A stretch of DNA of 64,000 bases from a bacterium (GCA_024680555.1 JAILCC010000016.1:170561-234560); one strand, 5' to 3'; counted from the first letter of the stretch, positions 30,279 through 40,660 are shown. A program made the numbers and translations. Notes: a model not told the origin generated them from the sequence alone.

Positions 30279-30983
30279 ATGCTTAATCAATTTTCAAGAA
30301 CAGAAATACTTATAGGACAAGAAGCTATTGAAAAACTGCGCAAATCTTCCGTAGCAATTTTCGGTATTGGCGGAGTTGGCGGTTATGCTTTGGAAGCACT
30401 TGTCAGAAGCGGTGTAGGTAAAATTGACATCATTGACAATGATGAAGTTTGTCTTACAAATTTGAACAGACAAATTATTGCGCTAAACTCAACACTCGGA
30501 AAAAGCAAAGTAGATGTCGCAAAAGAACGTGCAAGCGACATAAACCCTGATATTAAGATAAATGCAATTAAAACTTTTTATTCAATTGAAACAAAAAGCG
30601 AATTTGATTTCGAAAAATACGATTACGTAATTGACGCAATAGATACGGTCGCAGGCAAACTCTCTTTAATTGAAGAATGCAAAAAAGCAAACACCCCAAT
30701 TATATGTGCCATGGGGGCAGGAAACAAACTGAACCCGACAAAATTTCAAATTGCGGATATTTCAAAAACAACGGTATGTCCTCTTGCGAGAGTAATTCGG
30801 CAAGAATTAAAAAAGCGAAAAATCAACAAGGTAAAAGTAGTTTTTTCCACGGAAGAACCTATAAAACCGCAAGAATCGGAAGAAGTAACTCACAAACGGC
30901 AAACGACAGGCAGCAATGCTATTTGCCCTGCAGTTATGGGGTTGTTAATTGCATCCGAAGTAATAAAAGATTTGACAAAATAA
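30279..30983 (+). CDS. tcdA: tRNA threonylcarbamoyladenosine dehydratase (ThiF/E1-like)
   Basis: FSRTE, GIGGVG, NLNRQ, DAID, MGAGNK, CPLAR. Confidence 0.88.
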   Translation: MLNQFSRTEILIGQEAIEKLRKSSVAIFGIGGVGGYALEALVRSGVGKIDIIDNDEVCLTNLNRQIIALNSTLGKSKVDVAKERASDINPDIKINAIKTFYSIETKSEFDFEKYDYVIDAIDTVAGKLSLIEECKKANTPIICAMGAGNKLNPTKFQIADISKTTVCPLARVIRQELKKRKINKVKVVFSTEEPIKPQESEEVTHKRQTTGSNAICPAVMGLLIASEVIKDLTK

Positions 30984-31103
30984 TACATTTGACAATTTTG
31001 AGCACACATAAAAATATTTACATTTTACCAGCTTTTTCCAAATTTATTATAATAAATTAATTGTATTGATATATTGCAAACAATTAAAAAGGAGAGCACA
31101 CCT

Positions 31104-34100
31104 ATGGCAAAAAGAGTAAAAATTTCTACCAAAACAACGAGAAACAAGGAATTTAACAGATACACAACAGGAGATGGAACTTCTGCCAATCCTTATGTTG
31201 TAAATTCCGTCACATCAATGACTGCTACACAAATTAACAGAAATATAAACCTTTTAGACGTAAATGATGCAATTGTAAAAAAAGGCGGCACAATTGCAGA
31301 TGATGCATATAATAACACCACTCTCATCGAAGCACTTTATAGTCTTGATGAAAAATTATCAAAAAAATTAAGAGACTTTGCAATAAACGGGCGACCCGAT
31401 CCCGCAGTAGATCCCAAAGGTGCAATTGAATATGATTTATATGAGCAACAATTGGAAGCCAACGGCTCGTCGTATAAAAAATTAGCAACAATGGTTATTA
31501 ACTACAAAGACGGCGTTGCAATGAACACCGATGCAGGTATTAATTTTGACAAAGATGCCGATTATTATATCTTTGGCGCACCTGAACAGGTTATTCTTAA
31601 TAACAGACAACACTATAACAACTGCGGTATTGAATCAACCCTCAATAATCTTGCAATGGCAGGTCTTATAAAAATGAAAAGCGACTTGAGCGACCAAGAA
31701 AAGACAGAACAAAACTTTTTAAAAAATGTATGGATTCGCAACCTCGCCAACGACAGCAACGAAATCGGAACATTAGAAGAAGCGGACGGCGGAACTACTC
31801 CTGATGACTACAGAGACATAATGGAATACTACGGAATTGAATCTACTTCATATTATATAACTACAAAATCTAATGATTTCGTATATCCTAAAGCTCAAAT
31901 AAATGAACTGGCATACAAAATCAGTCAGGGATACGGTGCGGTTTTGGGAGTAAGCTCAAGTGTATTGTGGAACGGAGCACAATCAGAAACCGAAATGGAT
32001 AAAAAGCAAATAGACCACGCTATTTCAATAACAGGAGTTGTGTACGATACTACCAATATAAATCCTGCCGATAACGGTGGAGTATATGTTGCTCCGGTAG
32101 GATTTTACATCCATGATACAGGTGCTTGGATGACCAGATTTATTTCATACGACGATTTTATTAAATCAACTTTATGTGATTATGTATACGGAGATATGGA
32201 TACCGATACCACTTTAACAAAATTAAAAGAATTCGACAGCAGGCTTAATGAATACATAAAAAAAGAAGAACAAGGTATTTTTATAACCCTTACGAATGCA
32301 CCAATCAAAGATAACACCTTCAATCTAAATGCAACTGGTGACAAATATGCAAATATTCTTTGGGGCAACAACTCAAATAATATAATAAAAGGCATGAACG
32401 GCAACGACACCTTGTACGGACGTGCCGGAAATGACACTATCTACGGCGGAAACGGTAACGACACCATTGTTGGCGCCGAAGCTTACACTCTAAAAGTAAA
32501 AGATGATGATGAAGCTATTATTTATGATTGTAATACAATTAGTGATTTCAAGAACTATATTGAAAATGCGGACATAAAAGCAAAGCTTGATAAAATCCAA
32601 CTTACTGACTATGGGACATTGACTGTTGACGAGTTTATAGATTTGGCGGATATAATTTCAAAAGGGATAAACACAATATACGGAGATGCAGGCGTTGACA
32701 TTATCATCGGCGGCGAACAGGCAGACCTGATATATGGCGGCAAAAACGGCGACTATATTTGGGGCGGCTATGGTAGAAACGCTATATATGGTGAATCCGG
32801 CGCCGATGTCATTATTGGCGGATATGATAATGACAGATTATTCGGCGGAAGCGGCAATGATTATATCTTTGGACTCGGCGATGATGATGTTATAAGCGGC
32901 GGAAGCGGAAACGACCACATATGGGGCGGGACAGGCTGCGATACAATAGAAACAGGCAAAGGTAACGACACCATATACTTTGAAGGCAGAGATTATAATC
33001 AGGATATAGTAACATCAAAAGGCGGAACTACCGTATTTAAATTTATAGACGGACAAAAAGGAGACAGCAATTCCGCCGCTTCCGAAATGTTCTTCACATT
33101 AAAAAAAGATGACCAAAATAACAAAGTAATGAACTTGTCAATGGCGTATACCAAAGGTAAAGTAAATGACGATGAATGTAAAATATCCTTTAATGATTTC
33201 TATAACGTAAAATCCAATAAAACAAAATCGCTATACCTTGATGCCGCAGATGGAATATATAATGTTTCCGTTTCAAATAAAGCCAAAGCAACCGTTGCGA
33301 ACACAAAAATGACAAATAAAACGGTAAAGATAAACGGCGAAAAAATTAAAAATTCAGATATAAACAATGTTTTAATATCAATTTACGAAAAAGGAGCAAC
33401 AATAACAACAAGCAAAAAGAATGATATTGTTACCATGGCTGCCGGCGATGAAACAATAAATGCAAAGGCTATTGATAAGATTAAATATACCGGTGGTATA
33501 GACAAATATGTATCTGAAGACAGAGACACATATTATACAACTGGCGAAATAACATACGAAACAAATCTTTCAATATACGATAACAATCAAGCATTGAAAA
33601 AAGCAATATTTAATCAAGCCGAATGGGAAGCAGCAGGCAAGCCGATTGCAACCATAGCTGATTACTATGAAACCATTGACAAATACGTAAGTACGGATGA
33701 CAGATTATACCTCGGCTCTGAAAAATCTGCCGTTAACTACCTGTTTGATGTCGGCCTCGATGCAAATTATGATGCAATTACAACCGCAAACACCGGATTA
33801 TATCTGACCAACGGAACAAACTTTGATGATATTGTCAAAGGCGATGCAAACGGCGGATTTATCTATATGGATAGCTTCCTGAAATATGAGAACACTGCTG
33901 AAACTAAAATTTCAGGTACGAATTTCTATGGTAACGGTCAAATTGAGGGTATCTATTATAGCGGCAGTGAAAATCCTGATGATTATACAGCTGATTTGAC
34001 AGGAATAGCAAGTGACGTCGCAAATTGGTTGAGCACGTACAATCAAACTCACCTCGGCGGAGAATTTAACAGTGCGTTTGACGCATTCCAAAATGGTAAC

Positions 34101-34145
34101 GACACGGTTATTGCAGCTCTTACGAACTTATACACAGGAGGATAA
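31104..34145 (+). CDS. RTX (hemolysin-type Ca-binding) repeat protein with N-terminal papain-fold/C39-like peptidase domain
   Basis: QHYNNCG...DHAISITG...YIHDTG; many GGxGxD nonapeptides; ATG at 31104 follows AAGGAG. Confidence 0.75.
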   Translation: MAKRVKISTKTTRNKEFNRYTTGDGTSANPYVVNSVTSMTATQINRNINLLDVNDAIVKKGGTIADDAYNNTTLIEALYSLDEKLSKKLRDFAINGRPDPAVDPKGAIEYDLYEQQLEANGSSYKKLATMVINYKDGVAMNTDAGINFDKDADYYIFGAPEQVILNNRQHYNNCGIESTLNNLAMAGLIKMKSDLSDQEKTEQNFLKNVWIRNLANDSNEIGTLEEADGGTTPDDYRDIMEYYGIESTSYYITTKSNDFVYPKAQINELAYKISQGYGAVLGVSSSVLWNGAQSETEMDKKQIDHAISITGVVYDTTNINPADNGGVYVAPVGFYIHDTGAWMTRFISYDDFIKSTLCDYVYGDMDTDTTLTKLKEFDSRLNEYIKKEEQGIFITLTNAPIKDNTFNLNATGDKYANILWGNNSNNIIKGMNGNDTLYGRAGNDTIYGGNGNDTIVGAEAYTLKVKDDDEAIIYDCNTISDFKNYIENADIKAKLDKIQLTDYGTLTVDEFIDLADIISKGINTIYGDAGVDIIIGGEQADLIYGGKNGDYIWGGYGRNAIYGESGADVIIGGYDNDRLFGGSGNDYIFGLGDDDVISGGSGNDHIWGGTGCDTIETGKGNDTIYFEGRDYNQDIVTSKGGTTVFKFIDGQKGDSNSAASEMFFTLKKDDQNNKVMNLSMAYTKGKVNDDECKISFNDFYNVKSNKTKSLYLDAADGIYNVSVSNKAKATVANTKMTNKTVKINGEKIKNSDINNVLISIYEKGATITTSKKNDIVTMAAGDETINAKAIDKIKYTGGIDKYVSEDRDTYYTTGEITYETNLSIYDNNQALKKAIFNQAEWEAAGKPIATIADYYETIDKYVSTDDRLYLGSEKSAVNYLFDVGLDANYDAITTANTGLYLTNGTNFDDIVKGDANGGFIYMDSFLKYENTAETKISGTNFYGNGQIEGIYYSGSENPDDYTADLTGIASDVANWLSTYNQTHLGGEFNSAFDAFQNGNDTVIAALTNLYTGG

Positions 34146-34161
34146 AACTCAATCCGTAAAG

Positions 34162-34193
34162 AAAAAACTACCGGTAAATCCGGTAGTTTTTTT
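34162..34193. terminator. Bidirectional intrinsic terminator
   Basis: AAAAAACTACCGG-TAAAT-CCGGTAGTTTTTTT. Confidence 0.85.
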
Positions 34194-34198
34194 CAATA

Positions 34199-35185
34199 TT
34201 ATGACTCAATTTTTATTTTGAATTTTTTAATATAATGATTTGAAAAATACTCCAAAAATTTCCTTTGTCCAACCGTATGCTCAGTGCGCAAAACTTTCTT
34301 ATTCATCCTTATTGCCTGATATCGGTCAAAAATATTTTTTGCCGCTTCCCGATATTCCGGCAGATTTTCGTACTTTAATATCAAAGAATATGCCTTTTTA
34401 TAGTCACGTGCCTGAATTGCCCACAAAAGTTGCTTGGCAATACTTGCGGACATTTTATTGGTAAAAACATCTGATATATCACCAAAATCGACAAGTTTAC
34501 CATTTATTGTATTATAGCCCTTGTACGCATCATTGGTAGAGTATCGTCTGTATTCATAACGGCGGGGTGCCAAATTTTTTTCAACCATTTCTCCCGGAAC
34601 AAATTCAGTCAAAATGAATCCGTCCATGTCGTTTTCACCCGCAATTTTTCCGAAATAAAAATCGGCTCTGCGCCTGCGGCTTTTTGCATGATTATACGCT
34701 ATGGCATTAGCAATTTCCTTTGATTTTCCATGCAAATCACTTTCTCTGTCAGACATATGGAAGACCTTTAGAGCATATTCCTTGCCCTTAACTTTCAATT
34801 TAAAAACTTTGCCAAAAAGCCCTCTGCCGACATACTCCATTGAAGCTCTATGCTTTGTAAGCTGCCTTATATCTGCACGCAAGTATTTTATAAAGGACTC
34901 ATACAAGACTGGCGACATATTTATTTTGGAATACACCCCTGTCGCAAATCTGGAAAATGAAGCAAATACCTTTTGTGTAAGCTCGCTAATCTCCTCATTG
35001 GTTTTCCTTTTTCCGAACCAATCAGTCGGCAAGTGCCCGAGATAGCGTTCTTCTTGCGGCGTGCTTTTCACAATGGCTTTGAGTTCCTCGGCACTAAGCA
35101 GCCTGCGCTTAAACAAGCGCATCATATTAACTGTTGCTCGTTGCCCTGTTGCAGAAATTTTTGTCATGACCAACCCTTTGGTCAT
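34199..35185 (-). CDS. Protein-kinase-like orphan protein
   Basis: Gly loop VGRGLFGKVF, YALKVF, KEIAN, ILTEFV, D..(K)..N and VDFG. Confidence 0.65.
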   Translation of the reverse strand: MTKGLVMTKISATGQRATVNMMRLFKRRLLSAEELKAIVKSTPQEERYLGHLPTDWFGKRKTNEEISELTQKVFASFSRFATGVYSKINMSPVLYESFIKYLRADIRQLTKHRASMEYVGRGLFGKVFKLKVKGKEYALKVFHMSDRESDLHGKSKEIANAIAYNHAKSRRRRADFYFGKIAGENDMDGFILTEFVPGEMVEKNLAPRRYEYRRYSTNDAYKGYNTINGKLVDFGDISDVFTNKMSASIAKQLLWAIQARDYKKAYSLILKYENLPEYREAAKNIFDRYQAIRMNKKVLRTEHTVGQRKFLEYFSNHYIKKFKIKIES

Positions 35186-35443
35186 ATAAAAAACAAAAAC
35201 AACAATTTTTGATTACAAACCAGACTCATCTTGATAATTTTTAACATACTGTTATCGGTTAGCAACTTTTTATGGAATTTGTTTTATATGAATGTTTTCC
35301 CGAAAAGGAATATTCCGAATGAACTCAGCCAAAACCACATTATGCACTAACAATTTAACTCTGTGTTATAATTAACGCAGGTTATACAAGTTTATTGACA
35401 GCTTTTCAACCCACTAAAAAGTTTTTATGTAAGAGATACTGTT

Positions 35444-36406
35444 ATGGAGAAAATGAATAGAATATCGGAATTTATCGGAAAACATATGGCAATAATAGTG
35501 TTAATCATTGCCGTTGTTTCTTTATTTTTTTCTAATCACTTTTTGTGGATAAAAACATCATACATAAACTATTTGTTGATGATTATAATGTTTGGAATGG
35601 GTTTAACCCTCAAACTGGATAATTTTGTTATGGTTTTCTCCCATCCAAAAGAAATTGCTTGGGGTGCAGTTTCTCAATATGCCATAATGCCTCTTTTAGC
35701 TCTTGGTTTAAGTTGTTTATTTCATTTGGATTCAGCATTAACAGCCGGAGTAATTCTTGTCGGAACCTGCCCCGGAGGCACGGCAAGTAATGTTATTACT
35801 TATTTATCCAAAGGTGATGTTGCCCTATCAGTATGTATGACAAGTGTAAATACCTTATTGTCACCCATTTTAACCCCTTTAATTACGTTTTTAATACTGA
35901 AAGCAACCGTTGAAACAAATATATTGGCAATGTTTTTAGGAATTATAAATGTTATATTGGTTCCTATAATACTTGGAATTATTGCAAATAAATTCTTTTC
36001 CGAGTTTACGGAAAAAATCACCAAAATATTACCGGGAATTTCGGTTATTGCAATTAGTTTGGTAATTGCATCAGTTGTATCACATAATGCTAAAATGATT
36101 TTATCTGCAGGGGGTATAATCCTTTTAATAGTTATCCTGCATAATTTATCAGGCTATATCGTCGGCTTTTTTGTCGGAAAACTTTTAAGATTAAGTAATG
36201 CCAAAACAAAGGCTTTTTCGATAGAAATAGGTATGCAAAATTCAGGACTTGCAACAAGTCTTGCAAATAGTACATTTCCAATGACTCCCGAAGCGGCAGT
36301 ACCGGGAGCGATATTTTCCGTTTGGCACAATATATCAGGTGGAATACTTGCAGCAATATACAGACATTGGGATAATGAAAAGCAGGAAAAAATTATAGGA
36401 GAATAA
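35444..36406 (+). CDS. Bile acid:sodium symporter family transporter (PanS-like)
   Basis: MFGMGLTL, CPGGTASNV, EIGMQNSGLA, FSVWHNISG. Confidence 0.9.
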   Translation: MEKMNRISEFIGKHMAIIVLIIAVVSLFFSNHFLWIKTSYINYLLMIIMFGMGLTLKLDNFVMVFSHPKEIAWGAVSQYAIMPLLALGLSCLFHLDSALTAGVILVGTCPGGTASNVITYLSKGDVALSVCMTSVNTLLSPILTPLITFLILKATVETNILAMFLGIINVILVPIILGIIANKFFSEFTEKITKILPGISVIAISLVIASVVSHNAKMILSAGGIILLIVILHNLSGYIVGFFVGKLLRLSNAKTKAFSIEIGMQNSGLATSLANSTFPMTPEAAVPGAIFSVWHNISGGILAAIYRHWDNEKQEKIIGE

Positions 36407-36408
36407 AA

Positions 36409-37074
36409 ATGAAAAAAGCAATCATATTAAACGGTTCACCGAGAAAAAATTGGAATACGGCACAAGCATTAAAAGAAGCTCAAAAAGGTGCGGAGCAAGC
36501 AGGTGCAGCAGTTGAATATATAAACCTTGTTGATATAAATTTCAAAGGTTGTATGAGTTGTTTTGCTTGCAAAAGAAAAGGGGTAGATTTAGGCGGTTTG
36601 TGTGCAATAAAAGACAACCTAAGACCGATTTTAGAAAAAATAGTAAACGCTGATGCAGTTATAATCGGAAGTCCGATTTATTATTCATACCCGACAGGTA
36701 TGTTTAGAAACTTGCTAGAAAGAATGCTTTTTGCGGCAGGAACATATATGGTTGACGAAAATGGCAAATCGATGCGAAACTTAAAAAGAAACATCCCTGT
36801 CGGTTTAATTTTCACAATGAATGTTCCTGAAAATTTAATGCCAAATTACAATTATCCTACTATATTAGGTGCAAATGAATGGGCTTTGAATATGATTTAC
36901 GGATATTGTGAAACGCTCAATGTATGCGACACATACCAATTCAGCGATTATTCAAAATATGATTGCAATATGTTTAGCGAAGAACACAAAAAGCAAGTTA
37001 AAGAAACACAATTCCCAAAAGACCTTGCAAAAGCCTTTGATTTGGGTAAAAGATTAGTTGAAATGGATATATAA
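36409..37074 (+). CDS. Iron-sulfur flavoprotein / flavodoxin-like FMN reductase
   Basis: NGSPRKNWNT, CMSCFACK...LC, IGSPIY. Confidence 0.85.
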   Translation: MKKAIILNGSPRKNWNTAQALKEAQKGAEQAGAAVEYINLVDINFKGCMSCFACKRKGVDLGGLCAIKDNLRPILEKIVNADAVIIGSPIYYSYPTGMFRNLLERMLFAAGTYMVDENGKSMRNLKRNIPVGLIFTMNVPENLMPNYNYPTILGANEWALNMIYGYCETLNVCDTYQFSDYSKYDCNMFSEEHKKQVKETQFPKDLAKAFDLGKRLVEMDI

Positions 37075-37076
37075 AG

Positions 37077-37160
37077 ATGTCTGAAAAAGAAAAAATGCTA
37101 AACGGCGAACTATATATGCCCGAAAATGACGAAACTTTATTCAATGAAAGAAGAAGGTAA
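37077..37160 (+). pseudogene. Truncated N-terminus of a maltose/sugar O-acetyltransferase (Maa-like)
   Basis: MSEKEKMLNGELYMPENDETLFNERRR* resembles the MTEKEKMLAGELY...L..ER.RA start of Maa; stops after 27 aa. Confidence 0.6.
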
Positions 37161-37272
37161 AAATCATAATTTTATCCTTTTGATATATCTTAACAAATTG
37201 ATATTTCAATTAAGAGTTGTTAAGATGTGCTTATGTGTTGGTATTTTGCCTAAAAAAGTAGAGAGAAAATAG

Positions 37273-40089
37273 ATGAATACGTTGCCTTTAGAAAAGGATA
37301 CAGTATATTTAATTAACAGAAGTCTTGAGAATTTAGGTTGGAGATTTGAGGGTAAAGATAAGAATGTTTTTCAGGAACAGCCAAGAACGGAGGCTGAACG
37401 TAGGCTATTAGAGCATAAACGACCCGACTATGTGTTGTATTCAAAAGACCATGAGCCTTTAATTGTCATCGAGGCAAAGAAAAAAGGTGAGCGTATTGAT
37501 TCGGCTCTTGAACAAGGCATATTTTATGCTAAAAAGCTAAAAGCACCTTTAGTTTTTGCAACTGACGGAGTATTTTGCAAATCTTTCCACACACAAGCAA
37601 ATAGAACGCCTATGTTGAATGGTGAAGAACTTGATGAATTCATTCGTGAAGCCATGGCGATGAAGTTTTTAGGCGAATGGAATGTAAATACTATCAGCCA
37701 AAAGGTTCAATACGACCGACAAGAACTGATTAAAATATTTGATACAGCCAATAATATGTTACGTAGTGAGGGTTTAAGAGCAGGCGAAGAACGTTTTGGT
37801 GAATTCGCAAACATACTGTTTTTGAAACTCATTAGCGAAAGTGAACAAAATAAATTTGATCAAGGTATTCAAACGAAATTTGATTTTTCGACTTGTAGTT
37901 GGGATATAATCAAAAAACAATCGTCAAGTAGCCGTGTTGAATACATAAATAACATGGTTTATAAGAAATTAAATGATTTGTATAATACAGAAATTTTCAC
38001 ATCATTAAAAATCAGAGATAATGACGTACTAAAAGAAATTATGGGATTACTTGACCCCTTGGTTTTGACAGATATTGATAGTGATGTAAAGGGTGATGCC
38101 TTTGAATATTTCTTAAAAGCTTCAACTGCTACAAAGAACGATTTAGGCGAATACTTCACACCAAGACATATAGTAAAAACTATGGTGCGTTTAGTTAATC
38201 CACAAATAGGTGAAAAAGTTTATGATCCGTTCTGTGGAACAGGCGGTTTCTTGATTGAAAGTTTTAGGCATATTTACAACAATATGCCACGCAACAAAGA
38301 AACTGAAAAAATGTTGAGAGAAAACACTATTTTTGGTAACGAAATTACAAGTACGGCAAGAATTACCAAAATGAATATGATTTTGGCAGGTGACGGACAT
38401 AGTGGTATTCACATGCAAGACAGTTTGGCAAATCCTGTTGATGGGAAATACGATGTAGTTTTAGCAAATATGCCGTATTCACAAAAAACAAAACACGGCT
38501 CATTGTATGATTTACCCTCTACAAATGGCGACAGTATTTGTGTTCAGCATTGTATGAAAGCTATCAGTTCAGCGTCTGAAAATGGCAGAATGGCTATTGT
38601 TGTTCCTGAGGGATTTCTATTCCGTAAAGAATTAGCAAAAACAAGAGAATATCTGCTTAAAAATAGTGAATTACAAAGTATCATCTCACTTCCTCAAGGT
38701 GTATTTTTGCCATACACAGGAGTTAAAACGAATATCATTTTTGCTACAAAAATAAATCAAAAAATATCTAACTCTCAAAAGAAAAAGAATTATTGGTATT
38801 TTGACGTAAAAAGTGACGGATATTCACTTGATAATCACCGACGTAAACTTGATACTCCGAGCGATTTACAAAAATATGAAGAATTTCGCAAATTTGATGA
38901 AGAACAAAAAGACGAAATGTTGAAAATAGGTTTTGATGTTATTCCTTTTGAAAAAGTTGTAAAAAATGATTTCAACTTAGTTGGTAGCAGATATAAAGAT
39001 GTAAAATTAACAATAAGCAAATTCGAAATATTCAAGTTAGGTGATATTTTAGATATTAAATGTGGTAAAAGAATCACACAAAAAGATGATAGTGGTACCC
39101 TTTATCCTGTTTATGGTGGTGGCGGTATTTCATTCTATACTGATCTATGTACCAACAAAAATGAGTACGTAATTTCTCGTTTTGCTATGAGTAAAGAATG
39201 TGTTAGATTTGTCAAAGATGATTTCTATCTTTTGGATAGTGGTTTTGTTTTTGATATTAAAGAGAATTACAAAAGCGCTATATTGAAAGATTATGTTGGT
39301 AAAATATTATTAGGTATTCAAGATAAAATATATAGTTGCGGAAGAGGACAAGCACAAATAAATATTGATTTTGATATTTTTAAAGAATTAAAAATTCCTG
39401 TACCTGCATTTGAAATACAAAAACAAATAATTGAAGAACTTGATAGTTACCAACAAATCATTGACGGAGCAAAAAAAATTGTAGAAAATTACAAACCAAA
39501 TATCAAAATTAGACCAGAATATAATATGGTAAAAGTCGAAGATGTTGTTGATTTTATAAGTGGGGTAACTCTATCAGTTGGACAATGTGAAGATAAAAAC
39601 GGTATTCCACTAATAACAATAGCAGATGTCGATGAAAATGGAACTATAATTTATGACACCATTCGTAAAGTAAGAACATCAAAAAATACAACAAAACTTC
39701 AAAAGGGTGATTTGCTTTTTAACTGGCGTAATGGTAGCAAACATTTAGTTGGAAAAACTGCTTTGTTTGATAAAGAAGGGGAGTATATATTTGCTTCATT
39801 TTTATTAGGTTTACGACCAAGAAAATCTGTTGATAGTAGATTTTTATGGATAATTCTTAATCAATATAGAAGAAATGGTATATATTTGAATCAAATGAGA
39901 CAACAAGTAAATGGTTTATTTAATAGAGAAGAATTAAAAGATATTTTAATCCCACTACCACCTATTGAAGAACAAAAAGAAATTGTAGCTAAAATTGAGG
40001 CAGAACAAGCTTTAATAGAACCTAATAAACAAATTATTGAAGTTTTTTCAAAGAAAATTCAAGACAGAATTAACGAAATTTTTCAATAA
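37273..40089 (+). CDS. Single-chain restriction-modification enzyme (nuclease + N6-adenine MTase + two TRDs; type IIG/IIB-like)
   Basis: RPDYVL...IEAKK nuclease, GEYFTPR, DPFCGTGGF, NMPY motif IV, two IPxPxxExQKxI S-subunit repeats. Confidence 0.88.
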   Translation: MNTLPLEKDTVYLINRSLENLGWRFEGKDKNVFQEQPRTEAERRLLEHKRPDYVLYSKDHEPLIVIEAKKKGERIDSALEQGIFYAKKLKAPLVFATDGVFCKSFHTQANRTPMLNGEELDEFIREAMAMKFLGEWNVNTISQKVQYDRQELIKIFDTANNMLRSEGLRAGEERFGEFANILFLKLISESEQNKFDQGIQTKFDFSTCSWDIIKKQSSSSRVEYINNMVYKKLNDLYNTEIFTSLKIRDNDVLKEIMGLLDPLVLTDIDSDVKGDAFEYFLKASTATKNDLGEYFTPRHIVKTMVRLVNPQIGEKVYDPFCGTGGFLIESFRHIYNNMPRNKETEKMLRENTIFGNEITSTARITKMNMILAGDGHSGIHMQDSLANPVDGKYDVVLANMPYSQKTKHGSLYDLPSTNGDSICVQHCMKAISSASENGRMAIVVPEGFLFRKELAKTREYLLKNSELQSIISLPQGVFLPYTGVKTNIIFATKINQKISNSQKKKNYWYFDVKSDGYSLDNHRRKLDTPSDLQKYEEFRKFDEEQKDEMLKIGFDVIPFEKVVKNDFNLVGSRYKDVKLTISKFEIFKLGDILDIKCGKRITQKDDSGTLYPVYGGGGISFYTDLCTNKNEYVISRFAMSKECVRFVKDDFYLLDSGFVFDIKENYKSAILKDYVGKILLGIQDKIYSCGRGQAQINIDFDIFKELKIPVPAFEIQKQIIEELDSYQQIIDGAKKIVENYKPNIKIRPEYNMVKVEDVVDFISGVTLSVGQCEDKNGIPLITIADVDENGTIIYDTIRKVRTSKNTTKLQKGDLLFNWRNGSKHLVGKTALFDKEGEYIFASFLLGLRPRKSVDSRFLWIILNQYRRNGIYLNQMRQQVNGLFNREELKDILIPLPPIEEQKEIVAKIEAEQALIEPNKQIIEVFSKKIQDRINEIFQ

Positions 40090-40184
40090 AAAATAATAAA
40101 TTGTGTCCTTTTGTAAAATCTTTTCTGCTTTTTCGCTTTTATAACTTCTTTCATGTATTGTGTTTCCTGACGTTAGGAGGGATT

Positions 40185-40394
40185 ATGGAAGAAGCAGGAT
40201 ACAATATTACAGATAAAGAATTTAAGCAGATTAGCAAATGGGCAGAAAATGTTTATAATATAGCTGTTATAGTTGATTATTTTGTTAGCAATCAACCTAA
40301 AATAGCAAAATGTTACAACCTCGCACCTGTAATTAAAAATTTAAGAGATAACGCAGATTTTCTAAATGCATTTTTTATTGACAACGAAAAATAA
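40185..40394 (+). CDS. Small hypothetical protein
   Basis: AGGAGG SD before ATG at 40185; 69 aa. Confidence 0.6.
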   Translation: MEEAGYNITDKEFKQISKWAENVYNIAVIVDYFVSNQPKIAKCYNLAPVIKNLRDNADFLNAFFIDNEK

Positions 40395-40399
40395 ATTTA

Positions 40400-40638
40400 A
40401 CTTCCGACCATTAAAATTATGCCCACCAAACCGAAAAAGAGCATATTATCCGTGAAATAGCACACTACCCCAAAACGCTTGAAAATAGTGAGTAAATAGA
40501 TTTACTTTGAGAGTAAATAATGAGTAAATTTGAGTAGTTTGCAAATTTTATATTTCCGTGACTTCCGACCAGATAAACCCCTAATATGAGCGGGTTTCGG
40601 CAATTATTTGCAAACTATCTACAATTGGCAAACTACTC
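40400..40638. repeat. Cluster of short direct and inverted repeats, possibly the end of a decayed integrative element
   Basis: ACTTCCGACCA at 40400 and 40561; (T)GAGTAAAT at 40489, 40511, 40521; TGAGTAGTTTGCAAAT at 40531 with inverted copies at 40606 and 40627. Confidence 0.5.
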
Positions 40639-40660
40639 GTCTTTCTACAATTTATCCGCA

